From assembly GCA_021513695.1 (NCBI GenBank), contig CP084166.1, forward strand, positions 1,632,001 to 1,696,000: 64,000 nt of DNA, given 5' to 3'. Shown here in pieces: positions 22,493-33,079 of the stretch (within the stretch, counting starts at the first letter, position 1; every line of letters begins with the position of its first letter). The notes under the pieces were generated by a model. That model saw only the letters and a list, made by a program, of their open reading frames with translations. It did not search any database and was not told the origin of the DNA. The position numbers were made by a program, and so were the translations under genes. The stretch comes from Candidatus Heimdallarchaeum aukensis (GTDB taxonomy: Archaea > Asgardarchaeota > Heimdallarchaeia > Heimdallarchaeales > Heimdallarchaeaceae).

Positions 22493-24310
22493 TTACCATG
22501 CCCACCATTTATCAACATTTTTCCTCTTTATCTCAATTAGCTCATCTAAACATTTAGATTGGTCTTGTGTTAAAGACTCACCATATTTCTTTTTCAGTAA
22601 CCTTACATGTCTCTCCGGAATATCAACATAAAGAATATCACCCTCATGAATTTGTCGACCAACAGTTGGTCCTCTGATACTCATAGCAACTTGTTGACCT
22701 TTTTTTGCTTCTTGTATGTTTTCTCCTCTATCCTGAAGACCATGAATTCTTCCAACCCGTCTATTATCTTCTCGAATTAACATTGAACCAGTGTTTATTT
22801 TACCAGCTAATACCTCTATTCCAACTATCGCAGGATTTGATCTACGAAATACGTATCCTTGTAATATTTCTAATTTAGCGGGCATAATTATATCTTTCAG
22901 AGATTCAGCTTTTATAGACTCTTTAACATCTTCTTTCCAGCGATCATATTCATCTATCAAATTATAGATAACTCTATCAGAAAAAATCTTGATATCGTTG
23001 ATTGAAGCTTCTTCTTCTGCATCGGGAAGCAATTCTGTATTAAAACATAATACTGCACCATACTCTGGAGCTTTTTCAGCCACTATTGCTGCATCAATAA
23101 TATCTTTTTTAGTAACTTCACCCACATTAGCTTTTTGAATGGGTATATTTCTACTTTTTAACATGTCAACAATTGCTTCTAAACTACCAAGAGTATCAAC
23201 TTTTACGATTACTCCGTTTTCTTCAGTATCAAAAACAAACTGTTGAAGTTCTGCATTAACTTCATCAATAACTTGTTGCTCTTTGCCTTTAGGAGCTACT
23301 CGTACAGGAGCCCCTGCTAGAACATCTTCTAAACCAGGAGCACTTATTTTTAAACCAGCAGAAGCATAAACTTTATCTACATTTCTAAATTTATCTCGAG
23401 GATCACGCATCTCATCAAGTTCTTTAGCTTGGAGGAGTGCTCGTATCTTTACTAATTTAGCTCCTCCTCTTCCTCCTATAACAACTTGGTCATTTTTTGT
23501 AATTACACCATCATATAAGATGATGTCAGCTGTTGTTCCCATACCTTCAACATCTTTTACTTCTAATACTGTACCAGAACCAGGCCCAGTACTGTATTCT
23601 AGTTTTTTCATCATAAATTGTTGTGTTAAACCTGCTAAAACCAAAAACAAGTCGGGTATTCCTTCTCCTGTAACTGCACTTGTAGGAATGATTGCTATTT
23701 TCTTTCTAAAATCTTTCACACGGTCATAACGATCAGCTTCAAATTTTAATTCACTTAACTCTCCCATTATTTCATAAATTCTGTTATCAAGATCCTGTTT
23801 AGCTTTAGGTATTTGTTTATTATAAGACTCAATGAAAGTAGCTCCTTCTATCCCTTTCCAAGCTGAGATTCTATCAATTTTGTTTGCAGCAACAATAAAG
23901 GGTACTTTTCTTGCCTTTAAAATATCCATTGATTCATAAGTCTGAGCTTGAAACCCTCGAGTTAAGTCAACAACTAATATTGCAATATCTGCAACAGAAG
24001 CTCCTCTTTTTCTCAGATTTGTGAAAACAGCATGTCCAGGAGTATCAACAATGAGTATTCCAGGAATATTTAACTCTATTTTAGAATTTTTCATTAATTT
24101 ACTACTTACTTTTACAATCGTTTCTGTTGGAAAAAAACTTGCCCCAACATGTTGTGTGATACCTGCTGCTTCTCTAGCTTGAACAGCAGTTCCCCTTACC
24201 TTATCTAAAAGACTAGTTTTTCCAGAATCAACATGCCCAAGAATAACAGCTATTGGGCTTCGAATTCTCTTTCCACTTTCTTCATTTACAACTTTAGACA
24301 ATAGAAACAC
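22493..24310 (-). CDS. infB: translation initiation factor aIF5B (IF2 homologue)
   Basis: 605 aa; GTPase G1 (GHVDSGKTS), G3 (DTPGH), G4 (NKID); beta-barrel domains; size typical of aIF5B. Confidence 0.9.
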   Translation of the reverse strand: MFLLSKVVNEESGKRIRSPIAVILGHVDSGKTSLLDKVRGTAVQAREAAGITQHVGASFFPTETIVKVSSKLMKNSKIELNIPGILIVDTPGHAVFTNLRKRGASVADIAILVVDLTRGFQAQTYESMDILKARKVPFIVAANKIDRISAWKGIEGATFIESYNKQIPKAKQDLDNRIYEIMGELSELKFEADRYDRVKDFRKKIAIIPTSAVTGEGIPDLFLVLAGLTQQFMMKKLEYSTGPGSGTVLEVKDVEGMGTTADIILYDGVITKNDQVVIGGRGGAKLVKIRALLQAKELDEMRDPRDKFRNVDKVYASAGLKISAPGLEDVLAGAPVRVAPKGKEQQVIDEVNAELQQFVFDTEENGVIVKVDTLGSLEAIVDMLKSRNIPIQKANVGEVTKKDIIDAAIVAEKAPEYGAVLCFNTELLPDAEEEASINDIKIFSDRVIYNLIDEYDRWKEDVKESIKAESLKDIIMPAKLEILQGYVFRRSNPAIVGIEVLAGKINTGSMLIREDNRRVGRIHGLQDRGENIQEAKKGQQVAMSIRGPTVGRQIHEGDILYVDIPERHVRLLKKKYGESLTQDQSKCLDELIEIKRKNVDKWWAW

Positions 24311-24441
24311 CTTTCTTTTTTCTTTTACTCTTATTTCTGTTTATTTCTCTTTTTTTAAAAATAAATTGGTCTGTTATACTTTATTAAAAAAAACAACAAT
24401 GAAGAAAAAAGAAAAAAAATTAAGAACAAAAGATTATAAAT

Positions 24442-24612
24442 CTAAAGATCTCTTGCACTTACAGTTTTACGTCCGTTGGCTTTAGCTCTTTCAGCTGCTT
24501 TCTTGACAATTCCTTCAACAAGTTTGTCAAGAGCATCAAAGAGGTCTCCACCAACTTTGTAATCACCAAGTTCCTTGATGAGTTCTCTTACTTTACTTTT
24601 TACGACAATCAT
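24442..24612 (-). CDS. small histone-fold-like protein (56 aa; alpha1-L1-alpha2-L2, no alpha3), not in the ORF track
   Basis: my own translation of the minus strand: MIVVKSKVRELIKELGDYKVGGDLFDALDKLVEGIVKKAAERAKANGRKTVSARDL; C-terminal GRKTV-x-A-x-D resembles archaeal histone loop 2. Confidence 0.4.
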   Translation of the reverse strand: MIVVKSKVRELIKELGDYKVGGDLFDALDKLVEGIVKKAAERAKANGRKTVSARDL

Positions 24613-24906
24613 TTTTTTGTCACCTTATGCTTTGTGCCTTGCGTTTTTCACGCAAGTACGATAAATACTATTACAGAGCCCCTTAAAAAGGTTTTTGGTT
24701 TAGCCATCTTTTTTTAAAACCTTACGCTATCTAGTAAAAAAAGCCGACAATAATTGCCCTACATTCAAAAAATTCCAGTTTGAGCGAGTTTTGTCCTCTA
24801 ATTTTAATGAGGTTCGATTTAAAAGGATATAAAAAAGAATAACAATAAAAATAAAAAATATGTGGTTTTAGAGGTTTTAATGATATTTCATTATATTGCA
24901 ACAAGG

Positions 24907-26202
24907 TTATACGTGTTTAGTAAGCAATTCGCCTAGTTTTCTTACTCCTTCATCCAACAGTTCTGGATTAAGGAAGGAAAAGCCTATTCTCATTCCTCCT
25001 TTAATTACTTTTAGAGGTACAATAGTTCTCGTCTCCAAATCATAGGAATACCCAACGGGGGGATAAAATGCAGCTCCAGGAACAACTAGTACATCATTAG
25101 GTAGAAGAATATCTTGGTTAAACTTTCCGACATCAAAAGAATAAGCTTTTTCATCAGGTGCTTGCCACCAGATAAAGAAACCACCAGTAGGATTTGTATA
25201 ATCCCCTTCTGGAAAAGTATCTTGTAATGCCTTAAAAGCCACATCTTTTTGTTTTTTATACTTTTGAACAATTTCAGGTAAATAGGTATCAATATATTTG
25301 GCATAATATATTTCAGCAACTCTTTGAGTTAAAGTAGGAGTACAAAGGTCTATATAACCTTTTGATTTTTCTGCTTCTAAATGCAGATGCTCTGGCATTA
25401 GAGAATAACCTATTCTAAGAGGTGCAGCTTCTTTTGATGTTGAAGAGACATAAATAACCCATTCATTATCCTTATCCAAAGACTTGATTGGAGGAATACG
25501 CTCAGTAAATTGCATTTCTTTATAAGCTTCATCTTCTAAAATGAAAACATTGTATTTCTCAGCGAGATCATACAGGGCCTTTCTCCTTTCATAAGGTAAA
25601 GTAGTCCCTTTTGGATTGTCGCTATCACTTACAACATATAGAAGCTTAACTTTTTTGCCTAATTCCTTTTCTGCTTTAACAATTGTATCCTCAACAGCTT
25701 CTGGTATAAGCCCAAATTCATCTGTGGGAGCAGTTACAACTGTTCCTCCAATTTTTACAACCGCTGTGACAAATCCTAGATATGCAGGACTGGGGGTTAT
25801 AACTATATCTCCAGGGTTTACTAATATATCAAGAACAAGATAAGTGGCTTGTTGTGACCCTGTTGTAATTAACATTTTTTCCCAATCTTGTTTTCCTGAG
25901 ATACATGAAATTTTATCTTTAACATGTAATCTTTCAGCTAAAACTTCTCTTAATCCCTTGGCTCCAGCAGTCATACCATATTGAAATTCATTAATAACTC
26001 TTTTTTCATCCTCTTTGTAATATTCTGATAACTCATCTAAAATTTTAGGAAATACTTTAGTAGGTAAATTGCCGGGAAGACCACCAGCTAAATAATACTT
26101 TGTTTTATTTTTTAATAAGCGTCTAATCTCAGATTCTGGTATTTTTTTGGTCCAATCGGCAAGCAATTCTCTTGTTGATTCTATATTTCTCATTGCGTCC
26201 AA
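24907..26202 (-). CDS. PLP-dependent aminotransferase, class I/II fold
   Basis: 431 aa; fold-type I layout with the PLP-lysine region SSTSKEAAP. Confidence 0.65.
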   Translation of the reverse strand: MDAMRNIESTRELLADWTKKIPESEIRRLLKNKTKYYLAGGLPGNLPTKVFPKILDELSEYYKEDEKRVINEFQYGMTAGAKGLREVLAERLHVKDKISCISGKQDWEKMLITTGSQQATYLVLDILVNPGDIVITPSPAYLGFVTAVVKIGGTVVTAPTDEFGLIPEAVEDTIVKAEKELGKKVKLLYVVSDSDNPKGTTLPYERRKALYDLAEKYNVFILEDEAYKEMQFTERIPPIKSLDKDNEWVIYVSSTSKEAAPLRIGYSLMPEHLHLEAEKSKGYIDLCTPTLTQRVAEIYYAKYIDTYLPEIVQKYKKQKDVAFKALQDTFPEGDYTNPTGGFFIWWQAPDEKAYSFDVGKFNQDILLPNDVLVVPGAAFYPPVGYSYDLETRTIVPLKVIKGGMRIGFSFLNPELLDEGVRKLGELLTKHV

Positions 26203-26386
26203 TTTCCAACCTCCAATCCTTGTACTAATATTTATAGAAAAATCTTAATTAGTATCTAAAAAACTTTCGCAACAACTATAAATTAATTTTATAAAATCTT
26301 TCTAATAATCGGCTAAAACAATAGAGATATTTTAAAGTTTAATTGAAACGAGTAATGTTTTTATTGAAGACATTTAAGAATGACTT

Positions 26387-27556
26387 GTGCAAATCGAGAA
26401 GATAGATATTGGAATAATTGGAGCTGGACCAGCAGGATTATCAGCGGGTTTAGCTTTAGCAATGAATGGACATAAACCAATAATTTTTGAAGAACACTCC
26501 GTAGTGGGAATACCTGTTCAATGCGGAGAGGGTATTAGCGATAAAGTTTTTCTAGATTTTCCAATATTAAAGGATAATAGAGGATTCCTATTAAGGAAAT
26601 TTAAAAATACAAAAATCTATTTTCCAGGCAACTATGCTGTTTTTGGAGATACTCATGCATACATGATTATGAGAGATAAATTTGATCAATTTCTTGCCAA
26701 ACATGTTGAGAGAAGTGGAGGAAGAATTCTTACAAATTCTAGAGTAATTGACGTAACTGAAAAGAAAGGAGGTGTCCAGATAGAGATAGAAAAAGAAGGA
26801 AAAAGACAATTATTCTTATCTTCCATCTTACTTATTGCTGAAGGACCAAAAGCGAATATAGCAAAAAAACTAGGGTTTGAAACTCCGGAGATGATAAGAG
26901 CTTTAGAATATAGAATTCAGGGAGAGTTCAGCGATACTATGGAATTCTACTTTGATAACGAGAAATATCCCTTTGGATATTGCTGGATATTCCCAAGGAA
27001 AGAAGAAACAAATGTTGGAATAGTAACTACCGCCAAAAATCGTAAAGAAATTTTGGATAATTTTCTTAAAGAGAGAAATATTTCAGGAAAGATAATAAAA
27101 AAAATAGGTGGGGCAATACCAAAAAAGGGTATAGTAAAACGACTTGCTACAGAAAAAATAGCTCTACTGGGTGATACAGGGGGCTTTGCCAATCCTCTTT
27201 TTTACGGCGGAATACGAAACGCAATGTTCAGTGGGAAAATAGTTGCAGATATTATTAATATGCAGCTAAAAAACAGAGAAAAAATAGATCTTAGAATATT
27301 TGAGAAAGAAGTTAGAAAACACCCATTTACTTCTGAAATAAGTATAAAATGCCATAATTACTTTTACACAAGTTCTGTAAAATTTCAAGAGAAAATTGGC
27401 AAATTATTTAATGAAACATATATAAATCGAATTGAAAATAAAGAGATATTAAAATATTTATTAAAATTAGCAACTAATCCAACACTTATCAAAAATCCTA
27501 GAAAACTATACTTGCTTTATAAAGGTTTCAAACTAGCAAGAGACTATGGATTTTAA
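26387..27556 (+). CDS. geranylgeranyl reductase family FAD-dependent oxidoreductase
   Basis: 389 aa; N-terminal GxGxxG (IGIIGAGPAGLSAG), GDTGGFANP motif and conserved CGEG region typical of archaeal GGR. Confidence 0.75.
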   Translation: MQIEKIDIGIIGAGPAGLSAGLALAMNGHKPIIFEEHSVVGIPVQCGEGISDKVFLDFPILKDNRGFLLRKFKNTKIYFPGNYAVFGDTHAYMIMRDKFDQFLAKHVERSGGRILTNSRVIDVTEKKGGVQIEIEKEGKRQLFLSSILLIAEGPKANIAKKLGFETPEMIRALEYRIQGEFSDTMEFYFDNEKYPFGYCWIFPRKEETNVGIVTTAKNRKEILDNFLKERNISGKIIKKIGGAIPKKGIVKRLATEKIALLGDTGGFANPLFYGGIRNAMFSGKIVADIINMQLKNREKIDLRIFEKEVRKHPFTSEISIKCHNYFYTSSVKFQEKIGKLFNETYINRIENKEILKYLLKLATNPTLIKNPRKLYLLYKGFKLARDYGF

Positions 27557-27686
27557 ATTAATCGTTCTAAAAAACAGAAAAAACATTGTTTAACCTCTTT
27601 TAGTCTATTTTTCTTTTTTGTGCAATAAAGGACGAAAACCATAAGAGTTAAATGCAAACCAATGATGAAATCTTCGAGGAAAAAAA

Positions 27687-27878
27687 ATGATTATCCCCGT
27701 ACGTTGTTGGACATGTGGTTCTTTAATTGCAGATAAGTGGGAAGAGTTTCACGAAAGAGTTGAAAATAACGAGAATCCAGAAAAAGTATTAGATGACTTG
27801 AAAGTCAATCGTTGGTGTTGTCGAAGAATGTTGATAGCACATATTGATCTCATTGATGAGATACTCCCATTCAGTTAG
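27687..27878 (+). CDS. rpoN: DNA-directed RNA polymerase subunit N (Rpo10/RPB10)
   Basis: 63 aa; [11 protein letters not shown]...RWCCRRM zinc-bundle signature. Confidence 0.85.
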   Translation: MIIPVRCWTCGSLIADKWEEFHERVENNENPEKVLDDLKVNRWCCRRMLIAHIDLIDEILPFS

Positions 27879-27973
27879 GAAGTTTATAACAAACAACAAA
27901 AAAAAGAACAAGAAACGAAACTTTTTATATAAAACTAAAAGAGAATGAAGTGATTAGGAAACGAGGAAGAAAA

Positions 27974-28612
27974 ATGTCTGAAGAAACTAAAGATCCAATT
28001 GAAGAAGAACAAACACTTTTAGTTCCTAGAGATGAATATTTAGTTAGCGGAATTCATATTGGGACAAGTGTATGCACAAAATCAATGCAAAAATACATGT
28101 ATCGAGTTCGCACTGATGGTATTTTTGTTCTTAATGTAAATTTAACAGACGAACGTATACGTACTGCTGCTAAGTTTTTAGCTCGATTCGAGCCTTCTCA
28201 AGTAGCAGTTTTTGCAACAAGACAATATGCATCTGTACCATCTACAAAAATGGCTCGTTATTGTGGTTTTAAAGTATTTCCAGGTCGTTTTATCCCAGGA
28301 ACTTTAACCAATCCTACATACTCAGGATATATTGAGCCAGATATAATAATTCTAACTGACCCACGAGCAGACAAACAAGCTCTAACAGAAGCTTCTTCAC
28401 GTGGTATTCCTATTATTGCATTATGCGATACAGATAATATCACAACAAATGTCGATTTTGTTATTCCTGTAAATAATAAAGGAAGAAAAAGTCTTGCGTT
28501 AGTATATTACCTACTAACAAGACAGGTATTGATCGAGCGTGGAGAGTTAGGCGAAAACGAAGATTTGCCAGAAACTGTAGAAGACTTTTCTTTCAAACTA
28601 ATTAGAGATTAA
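27974..28612 (+). CDS. rps2: 30S ribosomal protein uS2
   Basis: archaeal uS2 pattern (LLVPRDEYLVSGIHIGT...VFATRQ...IIALCDTD); ATG at 27974 (MSEETK) preferred over the track start at 27950. Confidence 0.85.
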   Translation: MSEETKDPIEEEQTLLVPRDEYLVSGIHIGTSVCTKSMQKYMYRVRTDGIFVLNVNLTDERIRTAAKFLARFEPSQVAVFATRQYASVPSTKMARYCGFKVFPGRFIPGTLTNPTYSGYIEPDIIILTDPRADKQALTEASSRGIPIIALCDTDNITTNVDFVIPVNNKGRKSLALVYYLLTRQVLIERGELGENEDLPETVEDFSFKLIRD

Positions 28613-28946
28613 TGTGTTCCTTTTCTTTCATTTTATTGTTAAAAAGAAAAGGGAATACTCTACTTCTTTTTTGCGACAGTCCTTTAGGAACTATCAGTTA
28701 AACTTTCCAATAGAAAAATAATTTACTCTTAGTCGTTATCAGATATTATCTTTAAATTAAAATATGTAAAAATTACTTCTCTAACAGAATTCTTTCCTTA
28801 TATTTATGTTTCATTGATTTCATAGTGTTTTTATTTGTTTACATTATTGAAGCTCAATAACACAACTTTATTTTCTCTTCCATTTTCAAAAAAAATCAAT
28901 ATAGAAGCTTGAAAAAGCTTTTATCATCCAATTTTTTGTCAGACAT

Positions 28947-29918
28947 ATGAAAGAAATTATCTCCTGTTCTGCCCCTGGTAAAGTTATTCTATTTGGGGAG
29001 CATGCAGTTGTTTATGGCTTTCCAGCTATTGCACTAGCCATCAATAAAAGAGCAAGAGTAAGCATAACAGAAGGAGATGATGAACTAAAAACTCTTTTCA
29101 CCCCAGATTTATTTCCAAAAAAACGATTTGATCTTACCAACGAGCATGATGCCCCTACACAGCTTAAAGCAATCTTTTTTCTTTTAAAGAAAATGAATAT
29201 GGTTGACAATTTATCTAATGGGCAACAAATACTAATAAAGTCTCAAATTCCTCCTTCAGCAGGATTAGGATCTAGCGCTGCAGTTAGTGTATCATTAGCA
29301 ATGTTGGGAACTAAAATTTCTAACAAAAAACTAACACTTGAAGAGATTAATAAAATTGCTTTTCAAGCTGAAAAGATTCAACATGGAACCCCTAGTGGAA
29401 TAGACAACTTCATTTCAACATTTGGAGGAGGAGTTTATTACTTAAAGAAATCACTAGAAAGAATTGACATTTCTAAAATATCCTTTAAAATAGTTATTAT
29501 TAACACAAAAGTCACTAGAAATACAAAAGATTTAGTTTTAGCAGTAAAAAAGAGATATGAAAAAAATAAAGAGTATACTAAAGAGATATTAAATGAAATT
29601 AAAACGATAACCGAACAAGCAAAAACAGCTATAGAAAAAGGGATGACTGAAAAAATAGGTGAATTAATGAATCAAAACCAAGTAGCATTAGATAAATTAG
29701 GAGTAGGGCACAAAAAAATTACAGAAACTGTTAATATTTTAAGGAGTGAAGGAGCAATAGGTGCAAAACTAACTGGGGCAGGAGGAGGAGGGTGTGTTCT
29801 CGGAATATTTTCAAGTAAACAAGAAGCTTCCATAGCTGTAAAAAGGGCAGAAGATGAAGGTTTTGAGGCCTTTATTACGGAACCATCTAAAATAGGAGCA
29901 AGAGAAAATGAACTCTAA
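28947..29918 (+). CDS. mvk: mevalonate kinase (GHMP kinase)
   Basis: 323 aa; GHMP motif PPSAGLGSSAA, N-terminal APGKVILFGEHAVVYG. Confidence 0.8.
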   Translation: MKEIISCSAPGKVILFGEHAVVYGFPAIALAINKRARVSITEGDDELKTLFTPDLFPKKRFDLTNEHDAPTQLKAIFFLLKKMNMVDNLSNGQQILIKSQIPPSAGLGSSAAVSVSLAMLGTKISNKKLTLEEINKIAFQAEKIQHGTPSGIDNFISTFGGGVYYLKKSLERIDISKISFKIVIINTKVTRNTKDLVLAVKKRYEKNKEYTKEILNEIKTITEQAKTAIEKGMTEKIGELMNQNQVALDKLGVGHKKITETVNILRSEGAIGAKLTGAGGGGCVLGIFSSKQEASIAVKRAEDEGFEAFITEPSKIGARENEL

Positions 29919-30708
29919 AAAAATCGAAATAATAAAAATCGGAGGATCGGTAATAACTGATAAACGAAATTATAAAACTTTGTTAACAAAGAATCTTGCG
30001 AGAATAATAGAAGAGATTTCATTATCCTTTGATAAATCGAGAATAATTATTCATGGAGCAGGTTCTTTTGGGCACATTGTTGCAAAAAAATATGATATAA
30101 TTAATGGTTTCAAAAAGACAGAACAAATCAAAGGAATAATAAAAATTCGAGAAGATATGACAGAATTAACAAAAAATATTGTAAGACTACTAAACGAAAA
30201 AAACTTGAAAGCTATTTCTTTCCAAACTAGTGCTATAACTTTTGAGAATCAAGAAACGAGAAGAATAGAAATCTTTGTTGAGCCTATCAAAAAAGCTTTA
30301 GAAATGGATTTGATTCCTGTTTTATCGGGAGATATTATATTTAGTGAGAACAGAAGTTTTTCTATAATTAGCGGAGATCAACTAATAGAAGTATTAACAC
30401 ACTTTTTCGAGGTTGAAAGAGTAGTTTTTTGCTCAGATATCGACGGACTATTAGTATATAATGAAAAAAATGAGCAATTGCTAATTGAAGAAATAGAATA
30501 TAATAAAATAGATACAATAAACATAGCTAAAATAAAAGAAACAGAAAAAATTGACGTTACAGGAGAGATGAATAATAAATTTAATATTATAAGAAAACTT
30601 TCAGACAAAGTTAATGAAGTAGTATTGGTTAACGGATTAATTGAAGGGAGACTTCGCTCTGTCTTAAACAATGAAAAAACGATATGTACAAAAATAATTA
30701 ATAAATAG
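29908..30708 (+). CDS. isopentenyl phosphate kinase (amino-acid kinase fold)
   Basis: 266 aa; IIKIGGSVITDK N-terminal motif, HGAGSFGH; overlaps mvk stop by 11 nt (operon). Confidence 0.8.
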   Translation: MNSKKIEIIKIGGSVITDKRNYKTLLTKNLARIIEEISLSFDKSRIIIHGAGSFGHIVAKKYDIINGFKKTEQIKGIIKIREDMTELTKNIVRLLNEKNLKAISFQTSAITFENQETRRIEIFVEPIKKALEMDLIPVLSGDIIFSENRSFSIISGDQLIEVLTHFFEVERVVFCSDIDGLLVYNEKNEQLLIEEIEYNKIDTINIAKIKETEKIDVTGEMNNKFNIIRKLSDKVNEVVLVNGLIEGRLRSVLNNEKTICTKIINK

Positions 30709-30727
30709 AAATGAATAGATGATTATT

Positions 30728-31180
30728 CTATTCATATATCCATTCTTCATCTATTTTTTGATACTGAACAAATTCTTCTTCATCAAAATAGATAGAATAT
30801 TCAATTTTTGCATTTTCTGGTGAGTCACCAGCATGAATTATATTACGTCCAATTTCTAATGCAAAATCTCCTCGTATTGTACCTGGTTGAGCATCAACAG
30901 GATCTGTAGCTCCGACTATTTTACGTGTTAATTTAACAGCATTTTTTCCTTCAACAACCATTGCTACTACAGGACCGCTAGTTATATATTCAATTAAGCC
31001 TTCATAAAATGATTTTCCTTTATGAATAGCATAATGTTCTTCTGCCATTTTTTTGGTTAATTGGAGCATTTTTAGACCAATAATTTTTAGCCCTACACGC
31101 TCAATGCGTTTGATAACATCACCAATTAATCCTCGCTGAACACCATCAGGTTTTATCATGATAAATTCTCGTTCCATATT
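30728..31180 (-). CDS. ndk: nucleoside diphosphate kinase
   Basis: start taken at MEREFIMIKPDG (31180), not the track's extended 31219; active-site NIIHGSD-type region (NIIHAGDS). Confidence 0.9.
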   Translation of the reverse strand, partial: NMEREFIMIKPDGVQRGLIGDVIKRIERVGLKIIGLKMLQLTKKMAEEHYAIHKGKSFYEGLIEYITSGPVVAMVVEGKNAVKLTRKIVGATDPVDAQPGTIRGDFALEIGRNIIHAGDSPENAKIEYSIYFDEEEFVQYQKIDEEWIYE

Positions 31181-31306
31181 AACACCAAAATCGAAAAAGT
31201 ATAAGGAAATAAAAAACATTCGATTAAGTTTTAAATTACATTATTAGAAAATTACTAAAAATAGGATAAAAACAAACGAAAAACAGTTTAGAAAGAAAGA
31301 AAAGAA

Positions 31307-31495
31307 TTAGAAAATTTTCTTTTCGTATTTAGTTGTATATTTTAGTTTTTTGGGGTCTCGCTTGAAGTCAAGATTTGATCTTTTACATTTATTACTACAA
31401 AAATGTAAAACGTTTCCAGTGCGTTGAACATATAATAAACCTTGACCATGGGGAATTTCTTTTCCGCAAAATGAACAAGTTCGTGTTTTTGGCAT
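31307..31495 (-). CDS. rpl24e: 50S ribosomal protein L24e
   Basis: 62 aa; CSFCGKEIPHGQG...HFCSNKC zinc-finger signature. Confidence 0.85.
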   Translation of the reverse strand: MPKTRTCSFCGKEIPHGQGLLYVQRTGNVLHFCSNKCKRSNLDFKRDPKKLKYTTKYEKKIF

Positions 31496-31505
31496 ATTTT
31501 GTCAC

Positions 31506-31721
31506 CTATCGTCTCCTTATTTTTCTTGCTTCACGCTCAGTTTCTCTAAGCATGAGTATATCTCCTTTTCTTACAGGACCCTTAAGATTACGTGTAATAA
31601 TACGATTTTTGTCAGGTCCTTCTAGGACTTTTACTCTTGCTTGGATGACTTCCCCCACTGAACCAGTTCTATCTAAAACCTGGATAACTTCAGCAGGTAT
31701 TCCTAGATCTTCAGAGCTCAT
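31506..31721 (-). CDS. rps28e: 30S ribosomal protein S28e
   Basis: 71 aa; [17 protein letters not shown]...GPVRKGDIL pattern. Confidence 0.85.
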   Translation of the reverse strand: MSSEDLGIPAEVIQVLDRTGSVGEVIQARVKVLEGPDKNRIITRNLKGPVRKGDILMLRETEREARKIRRR

Positions 31722-31735
31722 TCTTAATCACCAAA

Positions 31736-32101
31736 TTATTTTTTGAGTTCTGCAATCTTTTGAGCGAGACTTTCAAGAGTGCTTTTAGCTTCTCCAGCTT
31801 TTACTACTGCTATTGAAGCTGAACCAACAGAAAGACCCACTGCCTTTCCTAATTCTTCTTTTGTTGGAACAAAAGTGTAAGGTATTTTGTTCTCTTCACA
31901 TAACAAAGGAAGGTGCATTACGATTTCTGGTGGTTCGACATCTTCAGCAATGTAAACCATAGAAGCGGTTTTTCTTTCTACAGCTTTAGTAACCTCATTA
32001 GTACCTTTTCGTACTTCACCAGTCTTAGCTGCATTTTCTAAAATATTCAACGATTCTTTAACTAATTCTTCTGGAATTTCAAACTTTTTATAAATTGCCA
32101 T
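31736..32101 (-). CDS. rpl7ae: 50S ribosomal protein L7Ae (K-turn binding)
   Basis: 121 aa; GTNEVTKAVERK...VYIAEDV...L7Ae/L30e signature. Confidence 0.9.
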   Translation of the reverse strand: MAIYKKFEIPEELVKESLNILENAAKTGEVRKGTNEVTKAVERKTASMVYIAEDVEPPEIVMHLPLLCEENKIPYTFVPTKEELGKAVGLSVGSASIAVVKAGEAKSTLESLAQKIAELKK

Positions 32102-32265
32102 TTTTTCACCTCAGGAACTTAAAGCCCTTCATAAGGTCATCTGTAACAAACGTATTAATTTTATTTAAAAGGATTAGTATTTGAGAGAAAAGAAAACAAG
32201 ATGTTGCAAGAAAGAGGGATTTTCAATAGAAAAAATGTGAAAGAAGAAAAGAAGAAAGCACATGA

Positions 32266-32985
32266 TTATATCTGCAATTTTTCTTTTAGTTTTTCCTTAA
32301 TATCTATATCTTTTGTGAAGCGATAGTGTAAATAGAGTAGAAATAAGCCTATCACTACAGTAGGGGTTAAGACGAACAACGACCAGCTTATTGTCCTTGA
32401 GATAATTATTTCAAGACAAAATGTTAACCCTCCTATTCCAAATAAAATAAAAGCAGCAATATTTGCTCCCTTTTTCTTTACTAATATTGAAGCAAGTACG
32501 ACCAATGAGGAGAATAAGATAGTAACAATTACAATAGGAAGGGCATAGGTAACATACCATTCTAATCTCCAATCATCAAAGTAATCCACCAAGGCCAAGA
32601 ATCCCATGACAAATGAAACTTCACCCAGAACTAGAACAACTGGCTTCTTTGGAAACAACAAAGGGATTGCTGTAGTACCCCAAATAAATAAAAATGCTAA
32701 CATCGGAAACCTAGCCCATGTTATACTTTTATTGATTATCAAATCTAAAAAGGTTGTAATCAAAAATGGTAAAGTAAGAGATATACTTACTATTTCTAAA
32801 GCAAACATTCTTTTTTCTTTGTCAGTTCTTTTTCTTACTGGATTTTCTTCAATTGGTTCATCAGGATATTTTTTAGTAACCCGTGTCTCACTAACACCTT
32901 CTAATTTTTGTATAGGAGTATCACATAAAGGGCATTTTTCTACTCCTGCATCAACCTCTACTCCACATCTAGAACAATATGGCAT
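32266..32985 (-). CDS. membrane protein with N-terminal zinc ribbon (CxxC-x13-CxxC) and ~5 TM helices
   Basis: 239 aa; MPYCSRCGVEVDAGVEKCPLCDTP then hydrophobic helices. Confidence 0.4.
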   Translation of the reverse strand: MPYCSRCGVEVDAGVEKCPLCDTPIQKLEGVSETRVTKKYPDEPIEENPVRKRTDKEKRMFALEIVSISLTLPFLITTFLDLIINKSITWARFPMLAFLFIWGTTAIPLLFPKKPVVLVLGEVSFVMGFLALVDYFDDWRLEWYVTYALPIVIVTILFSSLVVLASILVKKKGANIAAFILFGIGGLTFCLEIIISRTISWSLFVLTPTVVIGLFLLYLHYRFTKDIDIKEKLKEKLQI

Positions 32986-33079
32986 GTTTTTTACTCAGTC
33001 ACAGTATTTTTTAAATTTATGCTTGAATAATTTCAATCTAACTTTAACAAAAAAAATAGAGTAATTTCTCAAAAAAACC

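Noticed and set aside
31181-31219. N-terminal extension of ndk (MFFISLYFFDFGVN)
   Set aside because: NDK family proteins begin at the MEREFIMIKPDG-type motif. The hydrophobic 13-aa extension comes from a non-ATG start chosen by the longest-ORF rule.
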